Assembly (NCBI GenBank): GCA_963775425.1
Contig: CAVZJB010000016.1
Location: 1,216,001 to 1,280,000 of the forward strand
Origin: an uncultured delta proteobacterium
GTDB lineage: Bacteria > Myxococcota > UBA727 > VGSZ01
Reading direction: 5' to 3'
DNA: 64,000 nucleotides
Shown here in pieces: positions 36,610 to 45,448 of the stretch (position 1 is its first letter; each line of letters opens with the position of its first letter). The notes beneath the pieces were generated by a model. The model saw only the letters and a program-made list of their open reading frames with translations. It was not told the origin of the DNA and did no database searches. Made by a program: the position numbers and the translations under genes.

Positions 36610-37223
36610 CGACTACTCCTGTTCGTGGGACCCGCGTTTCTCGACGAGGAAGGCACCCCTGCCCAACCGCCGATGCTTCGCGGGGTTCAGCGTCCGGCCC
36701 GGCAAGCGCTCGAAGCACATGCTCGAGCACCGGCTCCGGAGACTTTGTTTGCGTGAAGCTTTCCCACCGCTCACGGTCTTGCTTTCCGAGTCGAGATGAT
36801 GTTGCGCGTTCCCAACCACACTCCACATAGACGATCGAAGACCGTCGAAGAGGAGTTCGTTGGGGCGTGCGGTCATCCGGTTCATCAGCACTCGCGATAG
36901 TGAGCTCTCACGCTCAGCTCTATTTTTAATCCGTCAGGGCTGGCGAGCGCCAGTCTTTTCTTCAAGCGAAGGGTTGCCTGCTTGTCGCTCGAAGCGCGCG
37001 GAGCACTTCATCGCGTTGCTCGCGCGTTGTTCACGCGTTGCTCGCGCGCGTGTTTTTACGTCGTCACGCACGAGATGCGTGAGCGTTTCTTCGCGCGCCT
37101 CACGCGCGCGAACGAACCTCACGTGATGGATGAGGAAAGTGTCTCACGCGCGAACACTCAAGGCCGGCGAAGGGTGCGATCGGGACCTACGAGCGGTGAT
37201 CGGGAGATCACCGAGCGCTCCGA

Positions 37224-38123
37224 TCACTTCTCGATGCGCCACGCGCGGTGGATCGGAGGGCGCCGCGGGAAGTCGAAGGGCACCGTCCCCGACGTGATGT
37301 CGACGACGACACGGGCCTCGATCGCATCGAGCGTGAAGCCCTGGAAGTTCGTGGAGAAGTAGACGGCGCCGCCCGGTGACAGCCGATCGATCGCCCGCTC
37401 GATCAGTCGGCGGTGGTCGCGCTGGACCTCGAACCCGGCCGCGCGCTTGCTCACGGAGACCGTGGGCGGGTCGATCACGGCCAGATCGAAGGTCTCTCGG
37501 CACCCTTCGAGCCACGTCACCGCGTCGGCAACGACGACGTCACCGCGGTCGAGACCGTTGAGCTCGAAGTTGTCCTCCGCCCAACGCGCGTAGGTCGGCG
37601 AGAGGTCCACGCTCACGGTCCGGGACGCGCCGCCGGCGGCCGCGTAGACCGAAAACGCCCCCGTGTAGGCGAAGAGGTTGAGCACCCGCTTGCCCGCGCT
37701 CTCCGCGCGCACGCGATCCCGGGTGATGCGGTGATCGAGGAAGAGCCCCGTGTCGAGGTAGTCGACGAGGTTGACCCAGAAGCGCAGGCCTCCCTCGCGC
37801 GCCGCGAAGCGGGCATCGCCGCCTCCCTCGCGCGCCGCTCTCTCGTAGCGGGCGCCCGGCGCTCTGCGCTTCACCACCGTTCGCTCGGGCGAAATGCCGA
37901 GCGCCTCGCGCGCCTCGGTCAGCCAGGCGTCCACGCGCGCGCCCTCGATGCCGTGGCGCGGCTCGAACACGCTCGCGTGGAGGTGATCTTCGTAGACGTC
38001 GAGCGCGAGCGGGACACCCGGCAGGTCCCGGTCGTAGACGCGGAAGCAGGTGATGTCGTGTCGCTTGGCCCAGGGGCGGAGGCGCTTCAGGTTCTTCGCG
38101 AGCCGGTTCCCGAAGTCACTCAA
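37224..38123 (-). CDS. Class I SAM methyltransferase, stand-alone RlmK-like (C-terminal half of RlmKL)
   Basis: FGNRLAKN, RVYDRDLP, YLDTGLFLDHR, LNLFAYTG, IDPPT, FSTN. Confidence 0.85.
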   Translation of the reverse strand: MSDFGNRLAKNLKRLRPWAKRHDITCFRVYDRDLPGVPLALDVYEDHLHASVFEPRHGIEGARVDAWLTEAREALGISPERTVVKRRAPGARYERAAREGGGDARFAAREGGLRFWVNLVDYLDTGLFLDHRITRDRVRAESAGKRVLNLFAYTGAFSVYAAAGGASRTVSVDLSPTYARWAEDNFELNGLDRGDVVVADAVTWLEGCRETFDLAVIDPPTVSVSKRAAGFEVQRDHRRLIERAIDRLSPGGAVYFSTNFQGFTLDAIEARVVVDITSGTVPFDFPRRPPIHRAWRIEK

Positions 38124-38823
38124 CGAGGCTCCACTCCACCTCGGCGTCCGCGAGGGCGCTCTTCACCGTGAAGCGGAGGGGATCGCCGCCCGCCGTGAGG
38201 AACGAGTGCCCCTGCGCGTCCACCAGGGGAAAGCGAAAGATGTAGAGGTCGTCGAAGCGGTCGATGTACGGAAAGATCCGCGCCGCCGCGGGCGTGTTGG
38301 GCACCGTCTCGATGGCCGACGGCTTCTCGGAGACGCCGCCGCGCTCCAGGCGCGCGTCCCAGATGCTCGCCTTGATGGCGAGGTCCCTGTCCTTCTGATC
38401 GGAGGAGTAGAAGGCGACGAAGACCACCACCTGCTCCTCGGCCCCGGGCCGCGCGCGCATGGGAGCGTCCACGCCCTCGTCCGGGTTGCCGAGCCCCACG
38501 AGCTCGCGCTCGAGCTGCGCGGCGATCTGCCCGTGGAGCTCCGCGCGCGCATCGAGGTACGCCTTGCGCAGCCGCGGGGTTACGAGCGTGGCGCGCAGAT
38601 CGGCCGTGCGCACGGCGTAGTCGTAGGGCTCCACGCGCCGCGTGTCCTCACGCAACGCCTGCTGCCAGGAGACGCCCGCGCCGGGCGCGAGGTGCGCCTC
38701 GCCGCGCCGCGGGATGCTCGCGCACGCGCACGACAGGAGTGCGCACGCGCCGAGCGCCAGGAGGGGAGCGCGGTGGACGCCCGCCGTGACCCCGATGGAG
38801 CGCGGCCGCTCCCGCCCGGTCAC
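38116..38823 (-). CDS. Hypothetical lipoprotein
   Basis: LLALGACALLSCAC signal/lipobox; GTG overlaps the pyrE stop. Confidence 0.65.
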   Translation of the reverse strand: MTGRERPRSIGVTAGVHRAPLLALGACALLSCACASIPRRGEAHLAPGAGVSWQQALREDTRRVEPYDYAVRTADLRATLVTPRLRKAYLDARAELHGQIAAQLERELVGLGNPDEGVDAPMRARPGAEEQVVVFVAFYSSDQKDRDLAIKASIWDARLERGGVSEKPSAIETVPNTPAAARIFPYIDRFDDLYIFRFPLVDAQGHSFLTAGGDPLRFTVKSALADAEVEWSLVE

Positions 38824-39410
38824 GCGCGCGCTCCGGCGGGGAAGTCGGCGACGCGAAACAGCGCGTGCACCGTGCAGCCGAGCGCGGCGAGCGCCTCCGT
38901 GCCCCCGGCTTCGCGATCGACGATGGCCAGCACGGTGTCCACCGCGTAGCCGCCGGCGCGCAGTCGCTCGATGGCCTTCTTGGATGCGCCACCGGTGGTG
39001 ACCACATCCTCCACCACCGCGACGCGCGCGCCCGCGGGCACGGCCTTCACGCCTTCGAGAAACGCCTGCGTGCCGTGGCCCTTGGGCTCCTTGCGCACGT
39101 AGATGGCGTGGAGGTCGCGGCCGCCGAGGTACGCGGTGAGCGAGAGCGCCGACGCGAGCGGGTCGGCGCCCATGGTGAGCCCGCCGCACCCGGCGTGGAC
39201 GTCGCCGCGCACGGCGGCCTCCGCGGCGGCGAGCAGCCGGAGGAAGCAGCGGCCGACCAGCGCGTGGCCCTCCCCGCGCAGCACGGCCTGCTTGCAGTCG
39301 ATGTAGAAGCCGCTCTTTTGTCCCGAGGAGAGCGTGACCTCGCGCTCTTCGTACGCGTGCTCGAGCAGGAGCGCGAGCAGCCGGGCCTTGTCCGCGTCAG
39401 CGGCGTTCAT
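38820..39410 (-). CDS. pyrE: Orotate phosphoribosyltransferase
   Basis: LSSGQKSGFYIDC, GLTMGADP, RKEPKGHG, VEDVVTTG. Confidence 0.93.
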   Translation of the reverse strand: MNAADADKARLLALLLEHAYEEREVTLSSGQKSGFYIDCKQAVLRGEGHALVGRCFLRLLAAAEAAVRGDVHAGCGGLTMGADPLASALSLTAYLGGRDLHAIYVRKEPKGHGTQAFLEGVKAVPAGARVAVVEDVVTTGGASKKAIERLRAGGYAVDTVLAIVDREAGGTEALAALGCTVHALFRVADFPAGARA

Positions 39411-39422
39411 CGCCGACCCGGC

Positions 39423-40028
39423 TCACTTCCGCTTCACGATCACGCGGGTCTTGTTCGCTTTCTGCGGCAGGCCCTTGGCAGCCGGCGGCTCGAGCGGCGT
39501 GGGCGCGGACTTCGCCGGCGCGCTCGCCACCTTCGGCTCCTCGCGCTTGTCGGCGGTGGCGGCGGCGGGCGCGGCCGCGGGCTTGCGCGCGGCCACGGGC
39601 GGGGTGGTCGCCGCGCGCGGAACGCTGACCGGCATCGGGCGCGGGCGCTCGGTGGACGGCTTGCGCGCGGGCATGTTGGCGATGTCACCCATGTCCACGT
39701 TCCCGCGGAAGCTCGCGCCGTCCACGATGATCACGCGCGGCGAGAAGATGTCGCCGACCATCCGCCCTTCCTTGGTGATCTCGACGGACTCGCTCGCGTG
39801 CACGTTGCCGACGATGACGCCGGAGATGACGGCGTTTTTCACGCTGATCTCGGCCTTGAGGATGCCGCTGTGCGCGACCACCAGGGTGCGCTGCAGCTCC
39901 ACGCGACCGTCCACACGCCCCAGCACGTGAAGGTCTTCGTCTCCGCTCAGGTTGCCGCGGATGAGGACGGACTCGCCGATGATGGTGGCGCCGTCGCCCG
40001 CCGTGGGGGTCGTTCGAATGGTCGCCAT
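39423..40028 (-). CDS. bacP: Bactofilin with Pro/Ala-rich basic C-terminal tail (BacP-like)
   Basis: Bactofilin domain ending PRVIIVDGASFRGNVDM, then a disordered tail ending RVIVKRK, as in Myxococcus BacP. Confidence 0.82.
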   Translation of the reverse strand: MATIRTTPTAGDGATIIGESVLIRGNLSGDEDLHVLGRVDGRVELQRTLVVAHSGILKAEISVKNAVISGVIVGNVHASESVEITKEGRMVGDIFSPRVIIVDGASFRGNVDMGDIANMPARKPSTERPRPMPVSVPRAATTPPVAARKPAAAPAAATADKREEPKVASAPAKSAPTPLEPPAAKGLPQKANKTRVIVKRK

Positions 40029-40031
40029 CGA

Positions 40032-40346
40032 TCAGCGCTCCATGTCCACGTTGCCCTTGAAGACGGCGCCGTCGGCGATGAGGATGCGCGGCGCCTTGAC
40101 GTCGCCCACCATGCGGCCGTCGCTCTTGAGCTCGACGCGCTCGCCGGCGGTGATGTTGCCCGTGACGTTGCCGGAGACCTCGACGTTCTTGGTCTCGATG
40201 TCGGCCTCGACGGTGCCGGAGTTCTCCACGATCAAGCTCGCCGAGAGGCCGATCTTGCCCTTCACGGTGCCGCGGATGGTCAGATCCTCGTCTCCCGTGA
40301 TCTCACCGTCGATCACGATGGTGTTGCCGATGACCGTGTTCGCCAT
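40032..40346 (-). CDS. bacO: Bactofilin (BacO-like)
   Basis: MANTVIG...DIKAPRILIADGA-type sequence closely resembling Myxococcus BacO as recalled. Confidence 0.82.
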   Translation of the reverse strand: MANTVIGNTIVIDGEITGDEDLTIRGTVKGKIGLSASLIVENSGTVEADIETKNVEVSGNVTGNITAGERVELKSDGRMVGDVKAPRILIADGAVFKGNVDMER

Positions 40347-40353
40347 GTGTCCC

Positions 40354-40692
40354 TCAGATGCCTGGCGGCAGTTCGACGTCCATTTCGATGCGACCCTTGA
40401 ACCGGGCGCCGTCCTCGAGGACGACCCGGGGGGCCTTGATGTCGGCCACGACGCTTGCCTCGGCGGAGAGCGACACGAGGTCGTTGGCCTCGATGTTCCC
40501 GCTCACCTGCCCGTGGACGAGCAGCGACTCCGTGGTGATGTCGGCCGTGATGCGGCCGCTCTCTTTGATGGTGAGGTGGTTCTTGAGAGAGATGTGGCCC
40601 TCTACCGCTCCCTCTATGACGAGCTCCTCGGCGCCCGCCAGGTTGCCTTTGATGGTGATGCCGCGGCCGATGACGCAGGGGTTGTCCGCCAT
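40354..40692 (-). CDS. bacN: Bactofilin (BacN-like)
   Basis: IGRGITIKGNL...LKNHLTI...DIKAPRVVLEDGA...IEMDVELP. Confidence 0.82.
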   Translation of the reverse strand: MADNPCVIGRGITIKGNLAGAEELVIEGAVEGHISLKNHLTIKESGRITADITTESLLVHGQVSGNIEANDLVSLSAEASVVADIKAPRVVLEDGARFKGRIEMDVELPPGI

Positions 40693-40717
40693 AGGCCGGC
40701 GAACGTAGGAGAAAGCC

Positions 40718-43150
40718 CTAACGTGCGTCAATGAAAGACCGGATTCGGACACCGTTGCCCGTCAAGACGATCGTGATCTCCCCGTTGACGGATGTGTCCC
40801 ACAGCCGCGCTCCGGCCGCCCGCCACCGCGCCAGCACCGGCGCCACCGGAAACCCGAAGGTGTTGCCGCGGCCCGTGCAGAAGATGACGTCTCGGGCGCC
40901 GGTCGCCCGGATGAACGCCTCCGTGGAGGAGGTGCTGCTGCCGTGGTGCGGGGCCTTGACCACCGCCGCCCGCACGTCCTTCGCGTAGGCGCTGCGCAAC
41001 AGGAGGTCTTCGCCGAGCGCCTCGACGTCCCCGGGCCACAAAGCGCAGTCGTCGCCGCGGCAGACGCGCAGGACCAGGCTGTTGTCGTTTGCTTGAAGCT
41101 CCGGATACAGAGACGTCTTCTCCTGCGGCGCCGGCGCGAGCACCTCGAGCGTGGCCCCGTGGAAGGCGTGCCGGCCGAGGATCGCCGGGGTCGTCTCCGT
41201 CTTCGGCACCGCATCGGTGACGATGCGTTCGAGCGCCTCGCCGGAGCCGTTCGTCCAGATGACGTCGGTGGGGATGGCCCGCGCCACCGACGCCAGCCCG
41301 AGCGCGTGATCGGGGTGCGGGTGGGACAGGACCATCAGATCGATGTGATCGATGCCGCGGCGGGCGAGGAACGGGAGCACGACGTTCACCCCGGGGTCCA
41401 CGCGCCCGTCCCAGGTGCCGCCGCCGTCGACGACCATGACGGCGCCGTCGGGGAGCTCGAAGACGGCGCTGTCGCCCTGGCCCACCGGCAACACCGTGAT
41501 GCGCACACCGTCGGGCTCGTGCGCGGCCACCGCCACCGCGACGCCCGCGACGGCGGCGCAGGCGAGGGCGGCGCGCGCCTTCTTTTGGGCGAGCGCCGCG
41601 GCGAAGACCACGGTGCACGCGAGGAGCAGGAGGGTGAGCGCGCCCGACGGCGCGTCGACGGGGCGCACGCCCGGGAGGATGTCGCCGAAGCCTGCGGCGA
41701 GCGCCTCGAGGACGAGCGCGGTCTCGCCGCCGAGCCAGGCGAGGAAGGAGACGTGCGTGACGGCGCCGGCGAGGCCGAGGGCGAGCGCGGGCACCTGCAG
41801 GATGGTGGCGGCGGGGACGAGGGCGATGTTGGCGACGAGGCCGGCGGGGGCGACGGCGCCGAAGAGGTATGCGGAGAGGGGGAGCGTGACGAGCCCGGCG
41901 CCGACGGACGCGACCACGGTGGACCAGGCGACCCGGCGCGCGCGCGCGAAGCCGCCGTCGGGGCCGGCGGCGCGCGCGGGGGCGGTGGCGGCGAGGCCGA
42001 TGACGGCCGCGTAGGACAACAGGAAGCTCGGGTCGACGACGCTGGCCGGCGACACGAGCACGGTGCCGAGGCCGGCGATGCCGAGCGCGTCGAGCGCGCG
42101 GGCGCGGCGGCCGAACAGCGGCGCCGCCAGGACGGCCGTGGCCATGGCGCCGGCGCGGACGGCGGAGGGCGGGACCCCGCACAGAAAGACGAAGGCCCAG
42201 ACGCCGGCGAGCGCGACTCCCGAGGCCAACGTGCGCCCCCGCCCGCGCCGCCCGAACGACGTGGCGAGCACGAGGGCGAGCGCCGCCTGCCGCAGGAGGA
42301 TCGCGAGGAGCGAGACCTGCAGACCGGAGACGGCGAGCAGGTGTCCGGCGCCGACGCGGCGATAAATCTCGCGCTGCGCGTCGCCGAGCATGGAGGTGTC
42401 GCCGATGAGCAGCGCGAGCTCGAGGCCGGCCATACGCGGCGGCAACAGCGACGCCATGCGATCGCGCAGCCAGAGGCGCATGCGGGCGAACGGCGCCGCG
42501 CGCGCGCCGGGCTCGACGACGGCGAGGGCGCCGTGGTGGACGACCAGGGCGGCGTCGATGCCGCGGGCGATGCCGAAGCGGCGCTCGTCGAAGGTGCCCG
42601 GCGAGTCCGCCGGCGCGAGCGCGTGGGGGACGCCGCGGACGCGGATGCGGTCGCCGGGCATGACGGGGTCGCGCACGCGCGCGGGGAGCGTGACGAGGAG
42701 CGTGCCGTCGAGCGCGCGATCGGGGAGCGCGCCGTCGACGTCGACGATCAAGCGGCGCGCGCCGCTCGTTCCGAAGGTGACGTCGCCGACGACGCCCTCG
42801 AAGGCGACGGCCCTGCGCCAGCCTTCGTTGCCCGGCCCGCTGTCGCCGGGGACGACGACGCCCGGCGCGGCCAGCTCGGGCGCCGGCGCGGACGACGACG
42901 GCCGGGCCGACAACAGCGAGCGCGCGCGCATGTCGTGCGCCGTCCGCTGCCACGCGCCGCCGGCCGCGCCGAGCACGAACGCGAGCGCGACGAGCGCGCC
43001 CGCCCGCGCGAGGACCTTGCCGGTGAAGAGCGCGGCGCCGGCGGTGACGAGCGCGAGCGCGGCGAGGGGCCACGCGGGAGCTGCCGTGACGAGACCGGCG
43101 AGCGCTCCCAGCGCCGCGGCGATGAACAGCGGGACCGTCGGCGACCGCAC
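40718..43150 (-). CDS. comEC: DNA internalisation competence protein ComEC/Rec2
   Basis: OB-like region, HLLAVSG and PSAVRA (competence domain), VGQGD, SHPHPDH, NDNS, PHHGS (metallo-beta-lactamase domain). Confidence 0.92.
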   Translation of the reverse strand: MRSPTVPLFIAAALGALAGLVTAAPAWPLAALALVTAGAALFTGKVLARAGALVALAFVLGAAGGAWQRTAHDMRARSLLSARPSSSAPAPELAAPGVVVPGDSGPGNEGWRRAVAFEGVVGDVTFGTSGARRLIVDVDGALPDRALDGTLLVTLPARVRDPVMPGDRIRVRGVPHALAPADSPGTFDERRFGIARGIDAALVVHHGALAVVEPGARAAPFARMRLWLRDRMASLLPPRMAGLELALLIGDTSMLGDAQREIYRRVGAGHLLAVSGLQVSLLAILLRQAALALVLATSFGRRGRGRTLASGVALAGVWAFVFLCGVPPSAVRAGAMATAVLAAPLFGRRARALDALGIAGLGTVLVSPASVVDPSFLLSYAAVIGLAATAPARAAGPDGGFARARRVAWSTVVASVGAGLVTLPLSAYLFGAVAPAGLVANIALVPAATILQVPALALGLAGAVTHVSFLAWLGGETALVLEALAAGFGDILPGVRPVDAPSGALTLLLLACTVVFAAALAQKKARAALACAAVAGVAVAVAAHEPDGVRITVLPVGQGDSAVFELPDGAVMVVDGGGTWDGRVDPGVNVVLPFLARRGIDHIDLMVLSHPHPDHALGLASVARAIPTDVIWTNGSGEALERIVTDAVPKTETTPAILGRHAFHGATLEVLAPAPQEKTSLYPELQANDNSLVLRVCRGDDCALWPGDVEALGEDLLLRSAYAKDVRAAVVKAPHHGSSTSSTEAFIRATGARDVIFCTGRGNTFGFPVAPVLARWRAAGARLWDTSVNGEITIVLTGNGVRIRSFIDAR

Positions 43151-43246
43151 GCGCGCCGTCTTACTGTGGGCCCCCGCCCGACGAAACCCGCTCGAGCGCG
43201 CGGCGCGCCGGCGCCCCCCACGCGTCGTTGCGCGGGCTGAAGCGCG

Positions 43247-44176
43247 TCACCGCAGGACGCCGTCGGCGCGGGCCTTCGCGAACGCCGCCGCGCCGGCCTG
43301 CTGGATCTCGGCGCTGGTCTTTTCGGGCCCGCCGTTTTCGATGCCGGCGGCGGCGCCGGAGCCGGGGAGCACCGTGTAGGTCACGCCGCCGTCGATGCCG
43401 ATGTTCGGCCCCGCGCGCTTGTCGAACACTTGCGCGAGAGCGAGCAATCCCTCGCCGAGCTTCATGCTCGGACCCACGTCGCCGTAGACGGCGTAGACGG
43501 ACTTGCCGCCCTTCTTCACCTCGACGAGATCGCCGAGCTTGGCGCCGGTGGCCTTGGCCAACGACGGCGGCAGGACGATGTACGGGATGTTGTCCGCGTT
43601 GAGGCTCTTGTGGCCCGCCCACTTCATCGACGTCTGCGACTGGTAGTAGCGGTCGCTGCGCGCGAGCCTGCTCTTGCCGCCGTCGGTGTCGACGTTCATC
43701 CCGCCCGTGTACTGAAACGCCTTGGCCTTGCCGTCATGCGTGGGCACGAAGGAGACGGCGCCCGCGCCGGAGTAGCGCCGGTTCAGCCGCTGCGCACCCG
43801 ACAGCGCCGAGCTGCCCGCGGGCATCGCCGACAGCGTGTCGCCCGACGCCGTCAGGGCGCACGGCATCGCCGGCGCGCCCGACGTCGGCCGCGCGATCTT
43901 CTCCGCCTCCGCCAGCAGGGCGTCGAGGCCCTTGGTCTGGAGCGACAGGCTGTTGAACGAGCCGTCGTGGTCGAACTTGTCGAGCGCCTTGAACAGCGCG
44001 GCGCCTTCGTCCGCCCCGCTGATCTTGCCGTCGCCGTCGAGGTCGGCGGAGCCGATGGCCTTCGCGACGCTGTCGGAGCGCCCGACCTCCTTCGCGTGCT
44101 TCTGCATCGCCGCGACGTCGAGCGAGTTGCTCTTGAAGAACGAGAGGAAGTCTTGCCGTTTGACGACCTTGCCCAT
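43247..44176 (-). CDS. Glycoside hydrolase family 75 (chitosanase-like) with N-terminal EF-hand-like motif
   Basis: DLDGDGKISGADE; MNVDTDG, LNADNIPYIVLP, LGDL, YAVYGDVGP, LGEG. Confidence 0.75.
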   Translation of the reverse strand: MGKVVKRQDFLSFFKSNSLDVAAMQKHAKEVGRSDSVAKAIGSADLDGDGKISGADEGAALFKALDKFDHDGSFNSLSLQTKGLDALLAEAEKIARPTSGAPAMPCALTASGDTLSAMPAGSSALSGAQRLNRRYSGAGAVSFVPTHDGKAKAFQYTGGMNVDTDGGKSRLARSDRYYQSQTSMKWAGHKSLNADNIPYIVLPPSLAKATGAKLGDLVEVKKGGKSVYAVYGDVGPSMKLGEGLLALAQVFDKRAGPNIGIDGGVTYTVLPGSGAAAGIENGGPEKTSAEIQQAGAAAFAKARADGVLR

Positions 44177-44306
44177 GGGGCCTCCGCGAAGTGAGCTTCG
44201 GCACACGCGGCGATCGTGCTCTCAGCCAATCCGCCGTGGGCTGCCCACCCACCATCGGTCGGTTGACGACCCGCGGCGTCGCACCCTCTCCCACTCGACC
44301 GGGAGC

Positions 44307-44687
44307 TCAGGGCTTTGCGGCGGTCTTCGGCGGCGCGGCCTCGCGCTCGAGCAGGTAGTAGCGGACGCGGCCGTCGGGCAGCCCGTAGATGTTGATGCCC
44401 GACCACTTCGTCCTCTTCGAGAGGCTCTCGATGTGGATGTACTTCACGGCGGGCAGGCTCACCTCGTGCGACCACTTCACCGAGCGCCAACCCTTGAACC
44501 TGTCGTGGAAGAACTTGACGGTGCCCTCGTAGTCGCGCGGCGACTCGTACCTCTTGTCGCCGACCTTCTTGGACCACGGCACGAGGTCGAGGCCCAGCTC
44601 CTTGGGCTCGTCCGCGTGCGCGGCCATGGGAAAGAGCGCGACGAACGCGACGGCGAGCGCGAGGGCGAGCCTGGTCATGCCGGTCAT
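44307..44687 (-). CDS. Small exported hypothetical protein
   Basis: Signal peptide ending AHA; ATGA overlap with the upstream gene. Confidence 0.7.
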   Translation of the reverse strand: MTGMTRLALALAVAFVALFPMAAHADEPKELGLDLVPWSKKVGDKRYESPRDYEGTVKFFHDRFKGWRSVKWSHEVSLPAVKYIHIESLSKRTKWSGINIYGLPDGRVRYYLLEREAAPPKTAAKP

Positions 44688-45322
44688 GCCGTTCCTTCTG
44701 CACCGGAAGCGCCGAGCATCGCAAGCACCAGGCGCCGCGGGACCTCGGTGAGTCGGGCGGCGGCGGCGGCGACGACGTCGTCGGCACCGAAGCGTTGGGC
44801 GACCGCACCGTCGGCGTAGCGCGCGGCGGCGAGCTGAAGCAGGGCGAGGCCGCCCCCGACGGCGACGCCGGTGGTGGACAGCACGACGTCGAGGCGCTCG
44901 CCGAACAGCGCGAGCAGCGAGATGACCACGGCCGCCGACAAGAGCGACGCGCCCGTGGCCACCGCCTCCGACGTCGAGCCCGCCATGAAGATCGCCACCG
45001 CCAGCGCCTCCCCCACGAAGAGCACGGCGGCGAACGCCACGCCGGCTCCCGCCAGGGGAACGCCGGCCATGCCGACGCCGATTCCGGCGGCGCCGCACAG
45101 CCCGAGGGCGGCGGCGATCGGGGCTTTGCGGCCGAGCGACGTCCCCGCCACGGCCAGGGCGACGGCGGCGACGACGAACGGCGCCCACGCGACCGGCGCG
45201 ACGCGGGCGCCGATGGGGGTGACGGAGAGGAACGCGGCCGCCGCTTCGACGGCGACGCCGAGGAGCGCGAGCACGCCCGAGACCCGGGTCAGGCGAGCGG
45301 CGGGAGCGGAGGAGGGGCTCAT
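44684..45322 (-). CDS. Hypothetical integral membrane protein
   Basis: Multiple hydrophobic segments; coupled to the downstream gene. Confidence 0.65.
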   Translation of the reverse strand: MSPSSAPAARLTRVSGVLALLGVAVEAAAAFLSVTPIGARVAPVAWAPFVVAAVALAVAGTSLGRKAPIAAALGLCGAAGIGVGMAGVPLAGAGVAFAAVLFVGEALAVAIFMAGSTSEAVATGASLLSAAVVISLLALFGERLDVVLSTTGVAVGGGLALLQLAAARYADGAVAQRFGADDVVAAAAARLTEVPRRLVLAMLGASGAEGTA

Positions 45323-45395
45323 CGGGATCGACGTTCGCGCATGGCGCCGACGGGCGCAAACCCCGTCCGCCGCCGGGCGCCGTGTGGGGGCAAAG

Positions 45396-45431
45396 GGGGC
45401 CGGCGGTCGGAAATTGGAGACCGCCGGCCCC
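45396..45431. promoter_or_regulatory. Perfect 13-bp inverted repeat between divergent genes
   Basis: GGGGCCGGCGGTC-N10-GACCGCCGGCCCC. Confidence 0.45.
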
Positions 45432-45448
45432 ACGCTCTACGTTGCGGC

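Noticed and set aside
36613-36891. 92-aa minus-strand ORF ending inside the RBS of the poly-Lys ORF
   Set aside because: Codon usage is atypical for this genome and there is no RBS or recognisable motif
36610-36930. RNase P, tmRNA, SRP or cobalamin riboswitch in the long intergenic region
   Set aside because: Their hallmark conserved motifs were not found by eye; left as an unassigned candidate leader
45350-45435. Resemblance to a c-di-GMP-I riboswitch (GCAAACC...GCAAAG)
   Set aside because: No GNRA-capped P2 stem or tetraloop receptor, and the spacing is wrong
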